This document shows positions 63,827 to 64,000 of a stretch of DNA of 64,000 nucleotides, piece after piece (position 1 is the stretch's first letter; each line of letters opens with the position of its first letter). A program made the position numbers and the translations under genes. Origin of the DNA: Peptococcaceae bacterium UBA5755 (GTDB taxonomy: Bacteria; Bacillota; Dehalobacteriia; UBA4068; UBA5755); NCBI GenBank assembly GCA_002419005.1, contig DIFF01000012.1:17436-81435 (forward strand), given 5' to 3'. Under the pieces are notes generated by a model. The model made no database searches and was not told the DNA's origin. It worked only from the letters and a program-made list of their open reading frames with translations.

Positions 63827-64000
63827 AATTTTCCCTCCCTACGTTTATATCAATATAATATCATTACAATATCACAAATGCAAGTATTTTTAGTATTTAC
63901 CCAAAAGGACTTTATTAAACTTGGTCTTAACAAAACCTTTTAATCATAATTGTCTGTAACCTAATAAACCCTTATCAGCACCATTTGGTTTAGAATAATC

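Overview
This window is a chromosomal segment from a low-GC, spore-forming Firmicutes (Clostridia-like) genome. Supporting genes are gerA/C/B, a SpoVK fragment, lexA with a divergent yneA-like gene, pcrA-ligA-yerC and a pur operon.

Core content, left to right:
- a SpoVK fragment and a B12-binding radical SAM gene;
- a leader hairpin, a small zinc-ribbon ORF and a DEAD-box helicase;
- a 1680-aa membrane-anchored alpha-2-macroglobulin (A2M)-family protein with a Memo-like lipoprotein and a YnbB-type PLP enzyme;
- a multi-PAS/GGDEF sensor;
- a CoxSML-type molybdo-flavoenzyme, divergent from modABC plus a DUF364 gene, with a palindromic operator between them;
- tRNA-Val, followed by an apparent accessory stretch;
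- a second DEAD-box helicase (CshA-like);
- a TPP-riboswitch-controlled thiD-thiC-thiM-thiE operon, then glpK;
- the SOS locus: yneA-like, three Cheo boxes and lexA;
- ligA, pcrA, yerC, and a gerA-C-B germinant receptor operon with a sigma-G-type promoter;
- a purE-B-F-M-N-H-D operon, then tyrS;
- a tail of small genes: DUF815 ATPase, EamA, flavoprotein, map, YbjQ, a small membrane protein, an unannotated RHH ORF and an SPFH protein.

The accessory stretch after tRNA-Val (about 20.7-29.9 kb) holds hairpins, TsaA/TrmO, a MerR/GyrI regulator, a degraded serine recombinase, an esterase / HxxxDG acyltransferase / zinc-ribbon membrane-protein operon, and a heptaheme cytochrome c paired with a stand-alone CcmF/NrfE-like heme lyase.

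The most unusual candidates are: the cytochrome/heme-lyase pair, which carries one CX4CH motif; the three-gene lipid-modification-like operon beside the recombinase remnant; and the giant thioester-less A2M-like protein with its Memo-like lipoprotein partner. No CRISPR array or intact mobile element was seen.
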